Source: Thalassobaculaceae bacterium
Lineage (GTDB): Bacteria > Pseudomonadota > Alphaproteobacteria > Thalassobaculales > Thalassobaculaceae
Assembly (NCBI GenBank): GCA_965228875.1
Contig: OZ245843.1
Coordinates: 4,942,616-4,964,776, forward strand
Reading direction: 5' to 3'
DNA length: 22,161 nucleotides
The translations under genes and the position numbers were made by a program. Position 1 is the stretch's first letter; each line of letters starts with the position of its first letter. The notes under the pieces were generated by a model that made no database searches, was not told the DNA's origin, and worked only from the letters and a program-made list of their open reading frames with translations. Below are positions 1-8,287 of the stretch, one piece after another.

Positions 1-1
1 C

Positions 2-931
2 GCCGACACCGTGTTCTTCTGCAACTCCGGGGCGGAGGCGCTGGAGGGGTCGATCAAGGTGGCGCGGCGTTACCAGTTCCATGTCGGCCAGCCGCACCGC
101 ACCAAGGTGATTTGCTGCAGCCATTCCTTCCACGGCCGGACCATGGCGACCCTGTCGGCGACCGACAAGGATGCCTACCGCGAGGGTTTCGGGCCGCGCG
201 TGCAGGGGTTCCAGCATGTGGCCTTCGGCAACCTGAACGAGATGCGCGACGCCGCCGCGGCGGACGATGCCGCTGCCATTCTCGTCGAGCCGGTCCAGGG
301 CGAGGGCGGGATCTTCGTCGCGCCGACCGAATATCTCCAGGCACTCCGCGAGATCGCCGACGAGTTCGGCCTGATGCTGGTGTTCGACGAGGTTCAGTGC
401 GGCATGGGGCGTACCGGCCGGCTGTGGGCGCATGAGTGGGCCGGCATCGCGCCGGACATCATGGCTTCGGCCAAGGGGCTTGGCGGCGGCTTTCCCGTCG
501 GTGCGGTGATGGCCAGCGAGAAGGCGGCATCCGGCATGAAGCCGGGCCTGCACGGCTCGACCTATGGCGGCAACCCTCTGGCAATGGCGGCGGCGAAGGC
601 CGTGCTCGACATCGTCACCGAGCCCGATTTCCTGCCGCATGTGGAGACGATGTCCGCGTCCTTCCACGACAAGCTCGAAGGGCTGGCGGCGAAGCATCCG
701 GGCGTGATCGCCGAGGTGCGCGGCAAGGGGCTGCTGCTCGGCCTCAAGTGCGTCGTGCCGGCGGGTGACCTGCAGACAGAACTGCGCGAGAAGCAGGGCA
801 TGCTGACCGTCGGCGCGGCCGAGAACGTGCTTCGGCTTCTGCCGCCGCTCACCATCGACGAGAGCCATGTCGCGGAGGCGATCGAGAAGATCGACGCGGC
901 GTGCGCCGGGCTGGCGCGTCATGCCGCTTGA
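2..931 (+). CDS. argD: Acetylornithine aminotransferase (class III PLP aminotransferase), 5' truncated by window edge
   Basis: Motifs [37 protein letters not shown]-lysine in [22 protein letters not shown]. Frame is open from base 2. Directly upstream of argF. Confidence 0.93.
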   Translation, partial: ADTVFFCNSGAEALEGSIKVARRYQFHVGQPHRTKVICCSHSFHGRTMATLSATDKDAYREGFGPRVQGFQHVAFGNLNEMRDAAAADDAAAILVEPVQGEGGIFVAPTEYLQALREIADEFGLMLVFDEVQCGMGRTGRLWAHEWAGIAPDIMASAKGLGGGFPVGAVMASEKAASGMKPGLHGSTYGGNPLAMAAAKAVLDIVTEPDFLPHVETMSASFHDKLEGLAAKHPGVIAEVRGKGLLLGLKCVVPAGDLQTELREKQGMLTVGAAENVLRLLPPLTIDESHVAEAIEKIDAACAGLARHAA

Positions 932-1862
932 TCGGGTGGGAGAACCGGGGGACGGCGGCGTGCGGCATTTTCTCGATCTGGACCAGATAGACGCACCGAC
1001 GCTGCGGGCCATGATCGAGCAGGCCAACGCCTACAAGCGCGGCGACGGCCTGGCGGAGAAGCCGCTGGACGGCAAGGTGCTCGCGCTGATCTTCGAGAAG
1101 CCGTCGACCCGGACCCGCGTGTCGTTCGAGTCCGGGATGAAACGGCTCGGCGGCGACGTCGTGGTGCTGAACGGCTCGGATCTGCAACTCGGCCGAGGCG
1201 AGAGCGTCGCCGACACCGCGCGGGTGCTGTCGCGCTACGTCGACTGCATCATGATCCGCACCTTCTCGGAGGCGACGCTGCACGAACTGGCGGAGAACGC
1301 CACGGTCCCGGTGATCAACGGGCTCACCGACCAGTCGCACCCGTGTCAGCTCATGGCCGATATCATGGCCTTCGAGGAGCATCGCGGTCCGATCAAGGAC
1401 AAGGTGATCGCCTGGTCCGGCGACGGAAACAACATGGCGGTGTCCTGGATCCAGGCGGCGGTGCAGTTCGATTTCGTGTTGCGCATCGCCTGTCCGCAGG
1501 AGCTCATGCCGCCGCAGGAGGTGCTGGCCTGGGCCCGCGCCAAGGGCGGACGGATCGAGGTGACGCAGGATCCGGCGGCCGCGGCGGCCGCGGCGGATGC
1601 GGTCGTCACCGACACCTGGGTGTCCATGGGCGACGACGATTCGAACCGTCACAACCTTCTGGCTCCGTATCGCGTGGATCAGGCGCTGATGGACCATGCC
1701 AAGCCGGAGGCCGTCTTCCTGCACTGCCTGCCGGCCCATCGCGGCGAGGAGGTGACGGCGGAGGTGATCGACGGTCCGCAGTCCATCGTGTTCGACGAGG
1801 CGGAAAACCGCCTGCACAGTCAGATGGCGATTCTCAGCTGGTGCCTGTCGGAGCCGAGATGA
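921..1862 (+). CDS. argF: Ornithine carbamoyltransferase
   Basis: Carbamoyl-phosphate motif [12 protein letters not shown], plus HPCQ, DTWVSMG and [13 protein letters not shown]. Start is ATG 921 (overlapping the argD end) or GTG 960; the ORF-track start at 867 is likely too early. Confidence 0.95.
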   Translation: MPLDRVGEPGDGGVRHFLDLDQIDAPTLRAMIEQANAYKRGDGLAEKPLDGKVLALIFEKPSTRTRVSFESGMKRLGGDVVVLNGSDLQLGRGESVADTARVLSRYVDCIMIRTFSEATLHELAENATVPVINGLTDQSHPCQLMADIMAFEEHRGPIKDKVIAWSGDGNNMAVSWIQAAVQFDFVLRIACPQELMPPQEVLAWARAKGGRIEVTQDPAAAAAAADAVVTDTWVSMGDDDSNRHNLLAPYRVDQALMDHAKPEAVFLHCLPAHRGEEVTAEVIDGPQSIVFDEAENRLHSQMAILSWCLSEPR

Positions 1863-2815
1863 GGGAACGCGAGGCCCTGTTCGAGCACACCGGCCGCGAC
1901 GACATCATCCTGCCCTTCCAGATCGATCCGTACGGGCTGCGTGGGCGGCTCGTGCGGCTCGGTTCCGTCGTCGATGGCATTCTGAACCGTCACGACTATC
2001 CCGAGGCGGTGGCGGCGATGCTGGGGGAGACCATGGCCCTGGCGGCGTGTCTGGCCGGCTCGCTGAAGTACGAGGGGGTGTTCACCCTGCAGACCAAGGG
2101 CGACGGGCCGATCGGTGTCCTGATGGCGGACGTCACCACCGCCGGGGCCGTACGGGCGTACGCGACCTACGATGCCGCGCGGGTGGCGGACCTCGATCCG
2201 GCCGACGTGGCCGCGCGTTCGGTGCCGCGTCTGCTCGGCGGCGGCTACATCGCCTTCACCGTCGACCAGGGATCGAACACCGACCGCTACCAGGGGATCG
2301 TCGAGCTTTCCGGGCGGACCCTTTCGGACTGCACCCATGCCTATTTCCAGCAGTCGGAGCAGCTTGATGCCGGGGTGACGATCGCCGCGGGCCTGACCGA
2401 CGACGGCTGGCGCGCCGGTGGTATCATGGTCCAGCGCCTGCCCTATGCCCGGGACCTGCCCGGCCGGCCGAGCGAGGACGAATACGAGGACCTTTGGCGC
2501 ACCGCCGTCACGCTGATGAGCAGCACGCGGGCGCGGGAACTGATCTCCGGCGACCTGCCGCCCGACCGCCTTCTCTATCGCCTGTTCCACGAGGCTGGGG
2601 TGCGCGCCTATGAGGCGCAGCCGGTGACCGATACCTGCCGGTGCTCAAGTGCCCGGGTCGAACGGGTGCTGCTGTCGCTGAACGCCGCCGAACTGGACGA
2701 CATGAAGGTCGACGGCGCCGTCGTCGTCAGTTGCGAGTTCTGCAAGCGCGAATGGCGCTATGATGACGCCGCGCTCGACGCGTTGCGCAATTCGGTGGCG
2801 CGCCCCACTTTCTGA
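1859..2815 (+). CDS. hslO: Redox-regulated chaperone Hsp33
   Basis: C-terminal zinc switch CRCS...CEFC, plus [23 protein letters not shown] and [13 protein letters not shown] 1859 overlaps the argF stop (ATGA). Confidence 0.93.
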   Translation: MREREALFEHTGRDDIILPFQIDPYGLRGRLVRLGSVVDGILNRHDYPEAVAAMLGETMALAACLAGSLKYEGVFTLQTKGDGPIGVLMADVTTAGAVRAYATYDAARVADLDPADVAARSVPRLLGGGYIAFTVDQGSNTDRYQGIVELSGRTLSDCTHAYFQQSEQLDAGVTIAAGLTDDGWRAGGIMVQRLPYARDLPGRPSEDEYEDLWRTAVTLMSSTRARELISGDLPPDRLLYRLFHEAGVRAYEAQPVTDTCRCSSARVERVLLSLNAAELDDMKVDGAVVVSCEFCKREWRYDDAALDALRNSVARPTF

Positions 2816-2846
2816 CGACACATCGACCGACGAGAGGACACCGTCA

Positions 2847-3446
2847 ATGCGCCTCGACCGCCGCACCCTCATGCTGTCAGCCCTGGCCGCTGCCGGCGCC
2901 GGCCCTCTGGCCGCCTGCACGACCCCGGATCCCACTCCGATCTACCCCGACCTGACGTTCGTCGGCCGGACCCCGGTCCGTCTGAACGTCGCCGAGCTCC
3001 AGGTCATCGACGAGGTGGTTCCGCCACTGGCGCCGCCGAACGTCGAACATCTTGCCCCGGTCGCTCCGGCAGCGGCGATGGAACGGTGGGCGCGCGATGT
3101 GCTGAAGCCGGTCGGGGCGTCGGGGAAGGCGATCATGGCGATCCGCCAGGGCAACATCGTCGAGGAGCGTCTGAAGACCAAGACCGGGCTGACCGGTGCG
3201 TTCACGACCGACCAGTCGGAACGCTACATCGTCGCGATGGTCGGCCAGCTCGACCTGTTCGACGGCGCCGGCCAGCGGTTGGGACAGGCCCGGGCCGAGG
3301 CCGAACGCTCGCGCACGATCGCCGAGGACGCGTCCCTGAACGACCGGGAGAAGCTCTGGTATGCGCTCGTGGAGGCCACGGCGCGCGACTTCGCCAGCTC
3401 GATGGAAGGCGCGATTCGCCGCGAATTGGCGGCCCACGTGGTCTGA
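2847..3446 (+). CDS. Hypothetical lipoprotein with twin-arginine-like signal peptide (199 aa)
   Basis: SD GAGAGG at 2832-2837 and ATG 2847. N-terminus MRLDRRTLM, a hydrophobic stretch, then lipobox LAAC. GC3-rich codon usage matches neighbouring genes. Confidence 0.8.
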   Translation: MRLDRRTLMLSALAAAGAGPLAACTTPDPTPIYPDLTFVGRTPVRLNVAELQVIDEVVPPLAPPNVEHLAPVAPAAAMERWARDVLKPVGASGKAIMAIRQGNIVEERLKTKTGLTGAFTTDQSERYIVAMVGQLDLFDGAGQRLGQARAEAERSRTIAEDASLNDREKLWYALVEATARDFASSMEGAIRRELAAHVV

Positions 3447-3482
3447 GCGGGTCGGCACGACGATCGTCCGAGCCGCAAATGT

Positions 3483-3518
3483 AAAGAGCCGGCCCGTAGG
3501 GGCCGGCTCCGCTGTTTT
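3483..3518. terminator. Intrinsic terminator hairpin between the convergent lipoprotein and ibpA genes
   Basis: Perfect 10-bp stem GAGCCGGCCC (3486-3495) / GGGCCGGCTC (3500-3509) with a 4-nt loop. AAA on the left (U-tract on the minus strand) and TGTTTT shortly to the right. Confidence 0.75.
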
Positions 3519-3535
3519 CCGCGTCGGCCGGGCCG

Positions 3536-4003
3536 TCAGGCCGCGGTCGTGCCTTCGAGACGCTTGGTCGTTCCGGCGATCTCGATCCGGCGCGGCTTCT
3601 TCTCCTCCGGCACCTCGTGAACGAGGTCGACGTGGAGCAGGCCGTTCTCGACGCTGGCGCCGACCACCCTGATGGTCTCGGCGAGCTGGAAACGTCGGTC
3701 GAACGCGCGGGTGGCGATGCCGCGGTGCAGGAAGCTGCGGCCCTCCTCCTCCTCGGTCTTCTCCACCTTGCCGGAGATGGTGAGCGTCGTGTCCTCCACG
3801 GTGATGTCGATGTCACCCTCACCGAAACCGGCGACCGCCATGGTGATGCGGTAGTCGTCCTCGCCGAGCTTCTCGATGTTGTAGGGCGGGTAGGCCGGCG
3901 CGTTGGCGGCGTCGCCTGCGCGCAGCATGTCGTCCATCAGTCGGGCCATCCGGTCGAAGCCGACGGTCGAGCGGAAAACGGGAGTGAAATCAATCGTTCG
4001 CAT
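3536..4003 (-). CDS. ibpA: Small heat-shock protein, Hsp20/IbpA family
   Basis: MRTIDFTPVFRSTVGFDR N-terminus, YPPYNIEK, AVAGF, FLHRGIATRAFDRRFQL, NGLLHVDL and the C-terminal IxI motif (RRIEI). SD AGGAGG at 4016-4011. Confidence 0.95.
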   Translation of the reverse strand: MRTIDFTPVFRSTVGFDRMARLMDDMLRAGDAANAPAYPPYNIEKLGEDDYRITMAVAGFGEGDIDITVEDTTLTISGKVEKTEEEEGRSFLHRGIATRAFDRRFQLAETIRVVGASVENGLLHVDLVHEVPEEKKPRRIEIAGTTKRLEGTTAA

Positions 4004-4100
4004 GCCACATCCTCCTTGGAAGCGATATGGTTTCAAGGCTGTGCCCGCCAGTGCGGCCGGGCGGTTCAAGACCGGAACCCGTCCAACGGCGCCCCGGTCG
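4004..4100 (-). promoter_or_regulatory. ROSE-type RNA thermometer in the ibpA 5' UTR
   Basis: Minus strand 4030-4005 reads CCAUAUC-G-CUUC-CAA-GGAG-GAUGUGG: the UCGCU motif with a bulged G pairs with the SD. Two further GC-rich hairpins lie upstream (about 4099-4070 and 4062-4043). Confidence 0.88.
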
Positions 4101-4106
4101 ATATCC

Positions 4107-4135
4107 AGATAGGAACGTCAGAATTTCCGTTCAAG
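4107..4135 (-). promoter_or_regulatory. RpoH (sigma32)-type promoter of ibpA
   Basis: Minus strand CTTGAA-N16-CCTATCT matches the alphaproteobacterial RpoH consensus and would start transcription just before the first ROSE hairpin. Confidence 0.85.
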
Positions 4136-4148
4136 AGGCCATCGCGGC

Positions 4149-4177
4149 TTGGCGGTGACAGGGGGCTGCGCCATACT
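4149..4177 (+). promoter_or_regulatory. Putative sigma70 promoter of the rcdA-like gene
   Basis: TTGGCG-N17-CATACT, ending 7 nt before ATG 4185. Confidence 0.55.
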
Positions 4178-4184
4178 TGTTTTG

Positions 4185-4631
4185 ATGGCGAAACAAATTA
4201 ACCATACGACCGCCACCGCCGCGGTCATGGTCCTGGACGGCCCGTATCGGGAGGTTCTCGACCTTCTGGAGCAGGCACGAAGTCACGCGGAACGCAGCCG
4301 CAGGAACAGTTTCCCCCGCCCCGTCGTGTCGCACAACAGGACTCGGGCAAGCTGCGAGGCTCTGCGCGTGACGACTCGCTTGTCCCACTGTCTGGCGTGG
4401 CTGATGGTGCAGAAGGCCATTCAGGTCGGGGAACTGCCGCCGGAGGCGGCCCTGGACCCGGAGCGCCGGCTCGACGGGCATGCCGTGTGCTCGGTCACCG
4501 ACGCGGAGGATGACCCGGACATCTCCGACGAACTTCGCAGCCTCCTGACCCGCAGTCGGCGGCTGTTCGAGCGGGTGTCGCGACTGGACGACCGCATCGG
4601 CCGGATGCAGACCGCCGGCCAGCTCAACTAA
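4185..4631 (+). CDS. rcdA: DUF1465 / RcdA-family protein (ClpXP adaptor for CtrA degradation in Caulobacter)
   Basis: EALRVTTRLSHCLAWLMVQKAIQVGEL and LRSLLTRSRRLFERVSRLD resemble the RcdA family helices; convergent with rpmE. Alternative start ATG 4227. Orthologue versus paralogue is unresolved. Confidence 0.72.
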   Translation: MAKQINHTTATAAVMVLDGPYREVLDLLEQARSHAERSRRNSFPRPVVSHNRTRASCEALRVTTRLSHCLAWLMVQKAIQVGELPPEAALDPERRLDGHAVCSVTDAEDDPDISDELRSLLTRSRRLFERVSRLDDRIGRMQTAGQLN

Positions 4632-4660
4632 GGTAGATGTCGCCCGACAGCGGCGGGCCC

Positions 4661-4690
4661 AAACGAAAACGGCGGCCCGGAGGCCGCCGT
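4661..4690 (-). terminator. Intrinsic terminator of rpmE
   Basis: Minus strand: ACGGCGGCC-TCCG-GGCCGCCGT followed by TTTCGTTT, 23 nt after the rpmE stop. Confidence 0.85.
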
Positions 4691-4713
4691 CGTAACCGGT
4701 CGGAACGGATCGG

Positions 4714-4932
4714 TCAGATGCCGAGGCCGCCGAAGCGCTTGTTGAAGCGCGCGACCTGGCCGCCGCTGTCCACGATGCGGTGCTGGCCGGTCCAGGCCGG
4801 GTGCGACTTGGAGTCGATCTCCAGCTTCAGCACGTCGCCCGGCTTGCCGTAGGTCGAGCGCGTCGTGTACTCGGAGCCGTCGGTCATCACGACCTTGATC
4901 TCGTGGTAGTCCGGATGGATGTCGGCCTTCAT
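4714..4932 (-). CDS. rpmE: 50S ribosomal protein L31 (no zinc-ribbon cysteines)
   Basis: [10 protein letters not shown]...[13 protein letters not shown]...[10 protein letters not shown], 72 aa. GGGAG SD upstream of ATG 4932. Confidence 0.97.
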   Translation of the reverse strand: MKADIHPDYHEIKVVMTDGSEYTTRSTYGKPGDVLKLEIDSKSHPAWTGQHRIVDSGGQVARFNKRFGGLGI

Positions 4933-4993
4933 CGGGTCTCTCCCGTCGGGTCTATAGGCGCCCCAATGGTCGCCGGTCATTTCGGAACGCGCG

Positions 4994-5022
4994 TAATTAC
5001 CCGAGGTGGCGGCGGAGCGCAA
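4994..5022 (-). promoter_or_regulatory. Putative sigma70 promoter of rpmE
   Basis: Minus strand TTGCGC-N17-TAATTA in the short intergenic gap. Confidence 0.5.
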
Positions 5023-5042
5023 GGGCCAATGCGCCGCGGACC

Positions 5043-7085
5043 CTAGCGCTGCGTCAGCTTGAGTTCGATCCGCCGGTTGCGGTTCAGGTTGTCGGCGTCG
5101 ATGGGCTGGAATTCGCCGTAGCCGGTCGCCGAGAGACGACTGGCCGGAATGCCCTCTGCGATCAGGTATTCGACGACGGAGATCGCCCGTGCCGCCGACA
5201 GCTCCCAGTTGTTGGCGAACTGCTCATTGTAGATCGGCACCGTGTCGGTGTGGCCCTCGATCTGAAGGATCCAGTTGATGTCGTCCGGGATGCGGCCGGC
5301 GATGTCGGTCAGCGCGGCAGCGAGCTGCACCAGCGACTGTTCGCCGTCGACGCCGATCTCCGCCGAGCCGGACTCGAACAGCACCTCGGACTGGAACACG
5401 AACCGGTCGCCGACGACGCGGATGTCCTGACGGCCGGACAGCACCTCGCGCAGACGGCCGAAGAACTCGCTGCGGAAGCGCGCCAGCTCCTGCACCTTGG
5501 TCGCCAGTGCGGCATTCAGACGGCGCCCGAGATCGACGATCCGGGCGTTGCTGTCGCGGTTCGCCCGTTCGGCGATCTCCAACGCCTCCTCGATCCGGGC
5601 GAGCTGCTGGCGCAGGGCGGCGATCTGGGCGTTCAGCAGGGCGACCTGGCGCTGGGCCTCGCTGGATACCTCCTCCTCGTCGCTCAAGGCGGCGCGGGTC
5701 TGCGTCAGGGCGGCCTGCGCACCCTCAAGCTCGCTGAAGAGTTCCTCCAGGCGGATGTCGCGCTGCTCGATCTCGCGCTGCGCGAGCTGGGTGCGCTCGG
5801 TCTGATCGGCGAGCCGCGCCTCCAGGGCCTTGCTCCTGTCCCGTTCGACGCCAAGCGACTGGGTGAGGTCGGCGATCTCGTCGGTCGCGGCCTGGACCCG
5901 GTTGGTCAGCGCGGCCCTGTCCGCGCGCAACGCGCCGGTCGTCTGGCTGGCGGTGGCAAGGTCCTCGTCGAGTTGGGCGATACGCGCGGCCGCGGCCGCG
6001 AGCTCCTCGCGCAAGGCCTTGCGGGCCGCCTCCAGTGCGGCCCGTTCGGTCCGGATGGCGGCAAGCGCGGCGCGGGCGGCCTCCAGGTCGGCGCGCAGCA
6101 CCTCCGCATCCCGTTGCTCCTCGCTCAGGCTGGTCCGGAGCGTTTCGGCATCCTCCCGTTCCTTCTCCAGTCCGGCCTGCAGCGCGGCGGCGTTCTCGCG
6201 CTCCGTCGCGAGGGCGGCGCGCAGCGCAGCGGCGATGTCCTTCTCCTCCGCCAGAGCCGCGCTGAGGGTCCCGCTGTGCTCCCGTTCGCCCTGCAGGTCG
6301 GTCTGCAGTGTCGCGATCGTGCTGTTGGCGTCGGCGACATCGGCCTCCAGCGCGGCGACAGACTGATCGGCGGCGTCGAGATCTGCCTGCAGGCGTTCGC
6401 GCAGCGCCGCCAGGGCGGCCACCTGACTTTCCAGGTCGTCGCGCACCTTGCGGATGGCGGCGATGTCGCGCCGCAGCCGCTCCAGGTCGCGGAGCTGGAG
6501 TTCGATGGTCTCGCGGTTGGCGTCGACGACCTCGAGCGCGCGTTCCAGGTCGGCGGCGACGGAATCGCGCTCGGAGGTCGCGATCCGTTCCTTCTTCTCC
6601 ACCTCCGCCAGCTTGCCGAGGAGGGCGTCCCGTTCCTTGAGCACCTCGAGCAGGCGGGCGTCGACGCCGGTCCGGCTGCTCGCCAGGGAGTCGATCCGCC
6701 CCTGGAGCACGGCCCGTTCGCGGGTCAGTTCGGCCAGCCGGGTCTCCAGGGTGGATTGGGCGGCGGTCAGCCGATCGACCTGCGCGGTGAGCCGGTCGCG
6801 GACGGACAGTGAGGTCTGCAGTTCGGCGGAAAGCTGCGCGACGGTCACCCGCAGCTCGGCATTGGCCTCGCGCTCCAGGGACAGCAGGTCGGTGAGTTCA
6901 GCGATCTGCTGGTTCAGACGGGCGAGGGTCTCGTCCTTACCGGACAGCAACTGGGTGAGATAGAACTGGGCGACGATGAAGATCATCAGGACGAAGATGA
7001 TGACCATCAGCAGGGATGCGAGCGCGTCGACGAAGCCCGGCCAAGTGTTGGTGTCGCGGTTGCGGCGGCGGGCGAGCGCGGACAT
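5043..7085 (-). CDS. MotB-like single-pass membrane protein with very long coiled coil and C-terminal OmpA-like peptidoglycan-binding domain
   Basis: [22 protein letters not shown] carries a MotB/ExbD-type Asp20 at the TM helix. Heptad-rich residues about 45-540. C-terminal [35 protein letters not shown]. Confidence 0.88.
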   Translation of the reverse strand: MSALARRRNRDTNTWPGFVDALASLLMVIIFVLMIFIVAQFYLTQLLSGKDETLARLNQQIAELTDLLSLEREANAELRVTVAQLSAELQTSLSVRDRLTAQVDRLTAAQSTLETRLAELTRERAVLQGRIDSLASSRTGVDARLLEVLKERDALLGKLAEVEKKERIATSERDSVAADLERALEVVDANRETIELQLRDLERLRRDIAAIRKVRDDLESQVAALAALRERLQADLDAADQSVAALEADVADANSTIATLQTDLQGEREHSGTLSAALAEEKDIAAALRAALATERENAAALQAGLEKEREDAETLRTSLSEEQRDAEVLRADLEAARAALAAIRTERAALEAARKALREELAAAAARIAQLDEDLATASQTTGALRADRAALTNRVQAATDEIADLTQSLGVERDRSKALEARLADQTERTQLAQREIEQRDIRLEELFSELEGAQAALTQTRAALSDEEEVSSEAQRQVALLNAQIAALRQQLARIEEALEIAERANRDSNARIVDLGRRLNAALATKVQELARFRSEFFGRLREVLSGRQDIRVVGDRFVFQSEVLFESGSAEIGVDGEQSLVQLAAALTDIAGRIPDDINWILQIEGHTDTVPIYNEQFANNWELSAARAISVVEYLIAEGIPASRLSATGYGEFQPIDADNLNRNRRIELKLTQR
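6087..6296 (-). repeat. Five degenerate 14-aa (42-nt) tandem units inside the coiled coil
   Basis: [14 protein letters not shown] / [14 protein letters not shown] / [14 protein letters not shown] / [14 protein letters not shown] / [14 protein letters not shown] (residues 264-333). Confidence 0.65.
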
Positions 7086-7088
7086 CGG

Positions 7089-8225
7089 TCAGTCCCGCCG
7101 TTCTTCTTCGGCCAGTGCCGCGATGGTGCGCGCCACGAGCCGGATCTCCCCCCGCAGTTCCTCGGTCATCTGCGCCCGACCGTTGCCGCTGTCCTCCAGC
7201 AGCCGTGCCATGTAGGCCTCGATGTTGCGCAGGTGGCTGCGCACGATCTCGTCGCGTCCGCCGCCGCTGGCATCGGCCAGGCGCGACAGGATCGGGCGAA
7301 GCTCGTCCTGCCCGTGCACCAGGTGATGCAGCACGTCGCGGTCGCTCTCGAGCTTGTCGGTCAGTTCCCGAAGCTGTTCGACCAGGGCGACCATGATCGC
7401 GTTGTTGGAGCGCCGGTCGTCCTCGCCACGGGCCATGATCCGCTGCAGCTTGTCCAGGGATTCCGCCGTCTGCTCCATCAGCGCCTGCTGATAGGCCGTT
7501 GCCGAATGCTCGCCGTCGCCGATGATCGAGGAGCCACCGAGCCGGGTGAAGCTGGACAGCCACTCCTCCAGCTCGTTGTAGAAGCGGTTCTGCGCCTTGC
7601 CGAGCTGCAGGTCGAGAAAGCCGAGCACCAGCGAGCCGGCGAGGCCGAACAGGGAGGAGGCGAAGGCGGTGCCCATGCCGGACAGCGGCGACTGCAGCCC
7701 GGCTTTCATGTCGCCGAACACGGTGCCGAGATCGCCGCTCTCGACCGACAGACCGTCGATCACCTCGCTGACCGCGCCGACGGTGCGCAGCAGGCCCCAG
7801 AACGTGCCGAGCAGGCCGAGAAAGATCAGCAGCCCGATCAGATAGCGCGAGATGTCACGCGATTCCTCCAGCCGTACGCTGATGCTGTCGAGCAGCGAGC
7901 GCAGCGACAGGGCCGAGAGCGTGCTCTGCCGGCCGCTGGACTGGCGTTCGTGCAGCAGCGTGGCGACGGGCGCGAGCAGGGTCGGCTCGCGTTGCACCTG
8001 CATCTGGTTGCGGAAAGAGTCGATCCACGCCGCCTCGGGCGCCAGGCGGAACACCTGCTGGAAGACGAACAGGATGCCGAGCACGGCGACGCCGAGGATC
8101 ACCCCGTTCAGCGCGGCATTGGCCATGAAGGCTTCGATCAGCGGCGCGTGCAGAAGGCCGGCGACGATCAGCACCGCGACGAGGAAAAGGATCATGCGGA
8201 CCAGATAGCGACGCGGATCGGTCAC
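7089..8225 (-). CDS. MotA/TolQ/ExbB-family ion-channel protein with long C-terminal helical tail
   Basis: Four hydrophobic segments. Channel motifs IFLGLLGTFWGL and GMGTAFASSLFGL. Tail of about 174 aa after the last TM. GTG start with AAGGA SD. 3 nt from the MotB-like gene. Confidence 0.87.
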   Translation of the reverse strand: MTDPRRYLVRMILFLVAVLIVAGLLHAPLIEAFMANAALNGVILGVAVLGILFVFQQVFRLAPEAAWIDSFRNQMQVQREPTLLAPVATLLHERQSSGRQSTLSALSLRSLLDSISVRLEESRDISRYLIGLLIFLGLLGTFWGLLRTVGAVSEVIDGLSVESGDLGTVFGDMKAGLQSPLSGMGTAFASSLFGLAGSLVLGFLDLQLGKAQNRFYNELEEWLSSFTRLGGSSIIGDGEHSATAYQQALMEQTAESLDKLQRIMARGEDDRRSNNAIMVALVEQLRELTDKLESDRDVLHHLVHGQDELRPILSRLADASGGGRDEIVRSHLRNIEAYMARLLEDSGNGRAQMTEELRGEIRLVARTIAALAEEERRD

Positions 8226-8287
8226 GAGGTGGTTCGTCCTTTCTTCCGAGGCTCCGGGGGAGGGAGCCGGTGGCCGTCAGGCCTGCG

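Noticed and set aside
1343..1858. N-terminal 172-aa extension of Hsp33 in the ORF track
   Set aside because: Overlaps argF in another frame and is Arg/Gly-rich noise; the ATGA overlap at 1859 gives a normal-sized Hsp33.
4032..4070. Two extra CTTGAA hexamers in the ibpA leader as additional RpoH promoters
   Set aside because: Neither has a CCTATNT-like -10 at the correct spacing; they fall in linkers between the ROSE hairpins.
4714..4932. Cysteine-free L31 as a zinc-starvation paralogue (ykgM type)
   Set aside because: Cys-free L31 is the normal form in many alphaproteobacteria; no paired rpmJ2 gene or evident Zur box.
5043..8225. Zorya (ZorA/ZorB) anti-phage system
   Set aside because: No ZorC/D/E-like helicase or nuclease adjacent, housekeeping context with host-like codon usage, and the long rod is on the B subunit instead of the A subunit.
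5043..8225. Ordinary flagellar motA/motB, or tolQR / exbBD
   Set aside because: No flagellar, tonB or tolA genes nearby. The B subunit is 680 aa with an OmpA-like domain, unlike TolR/ExbD, and has an atypically long stalk for MotB. Gene symbols were therefore withheld.
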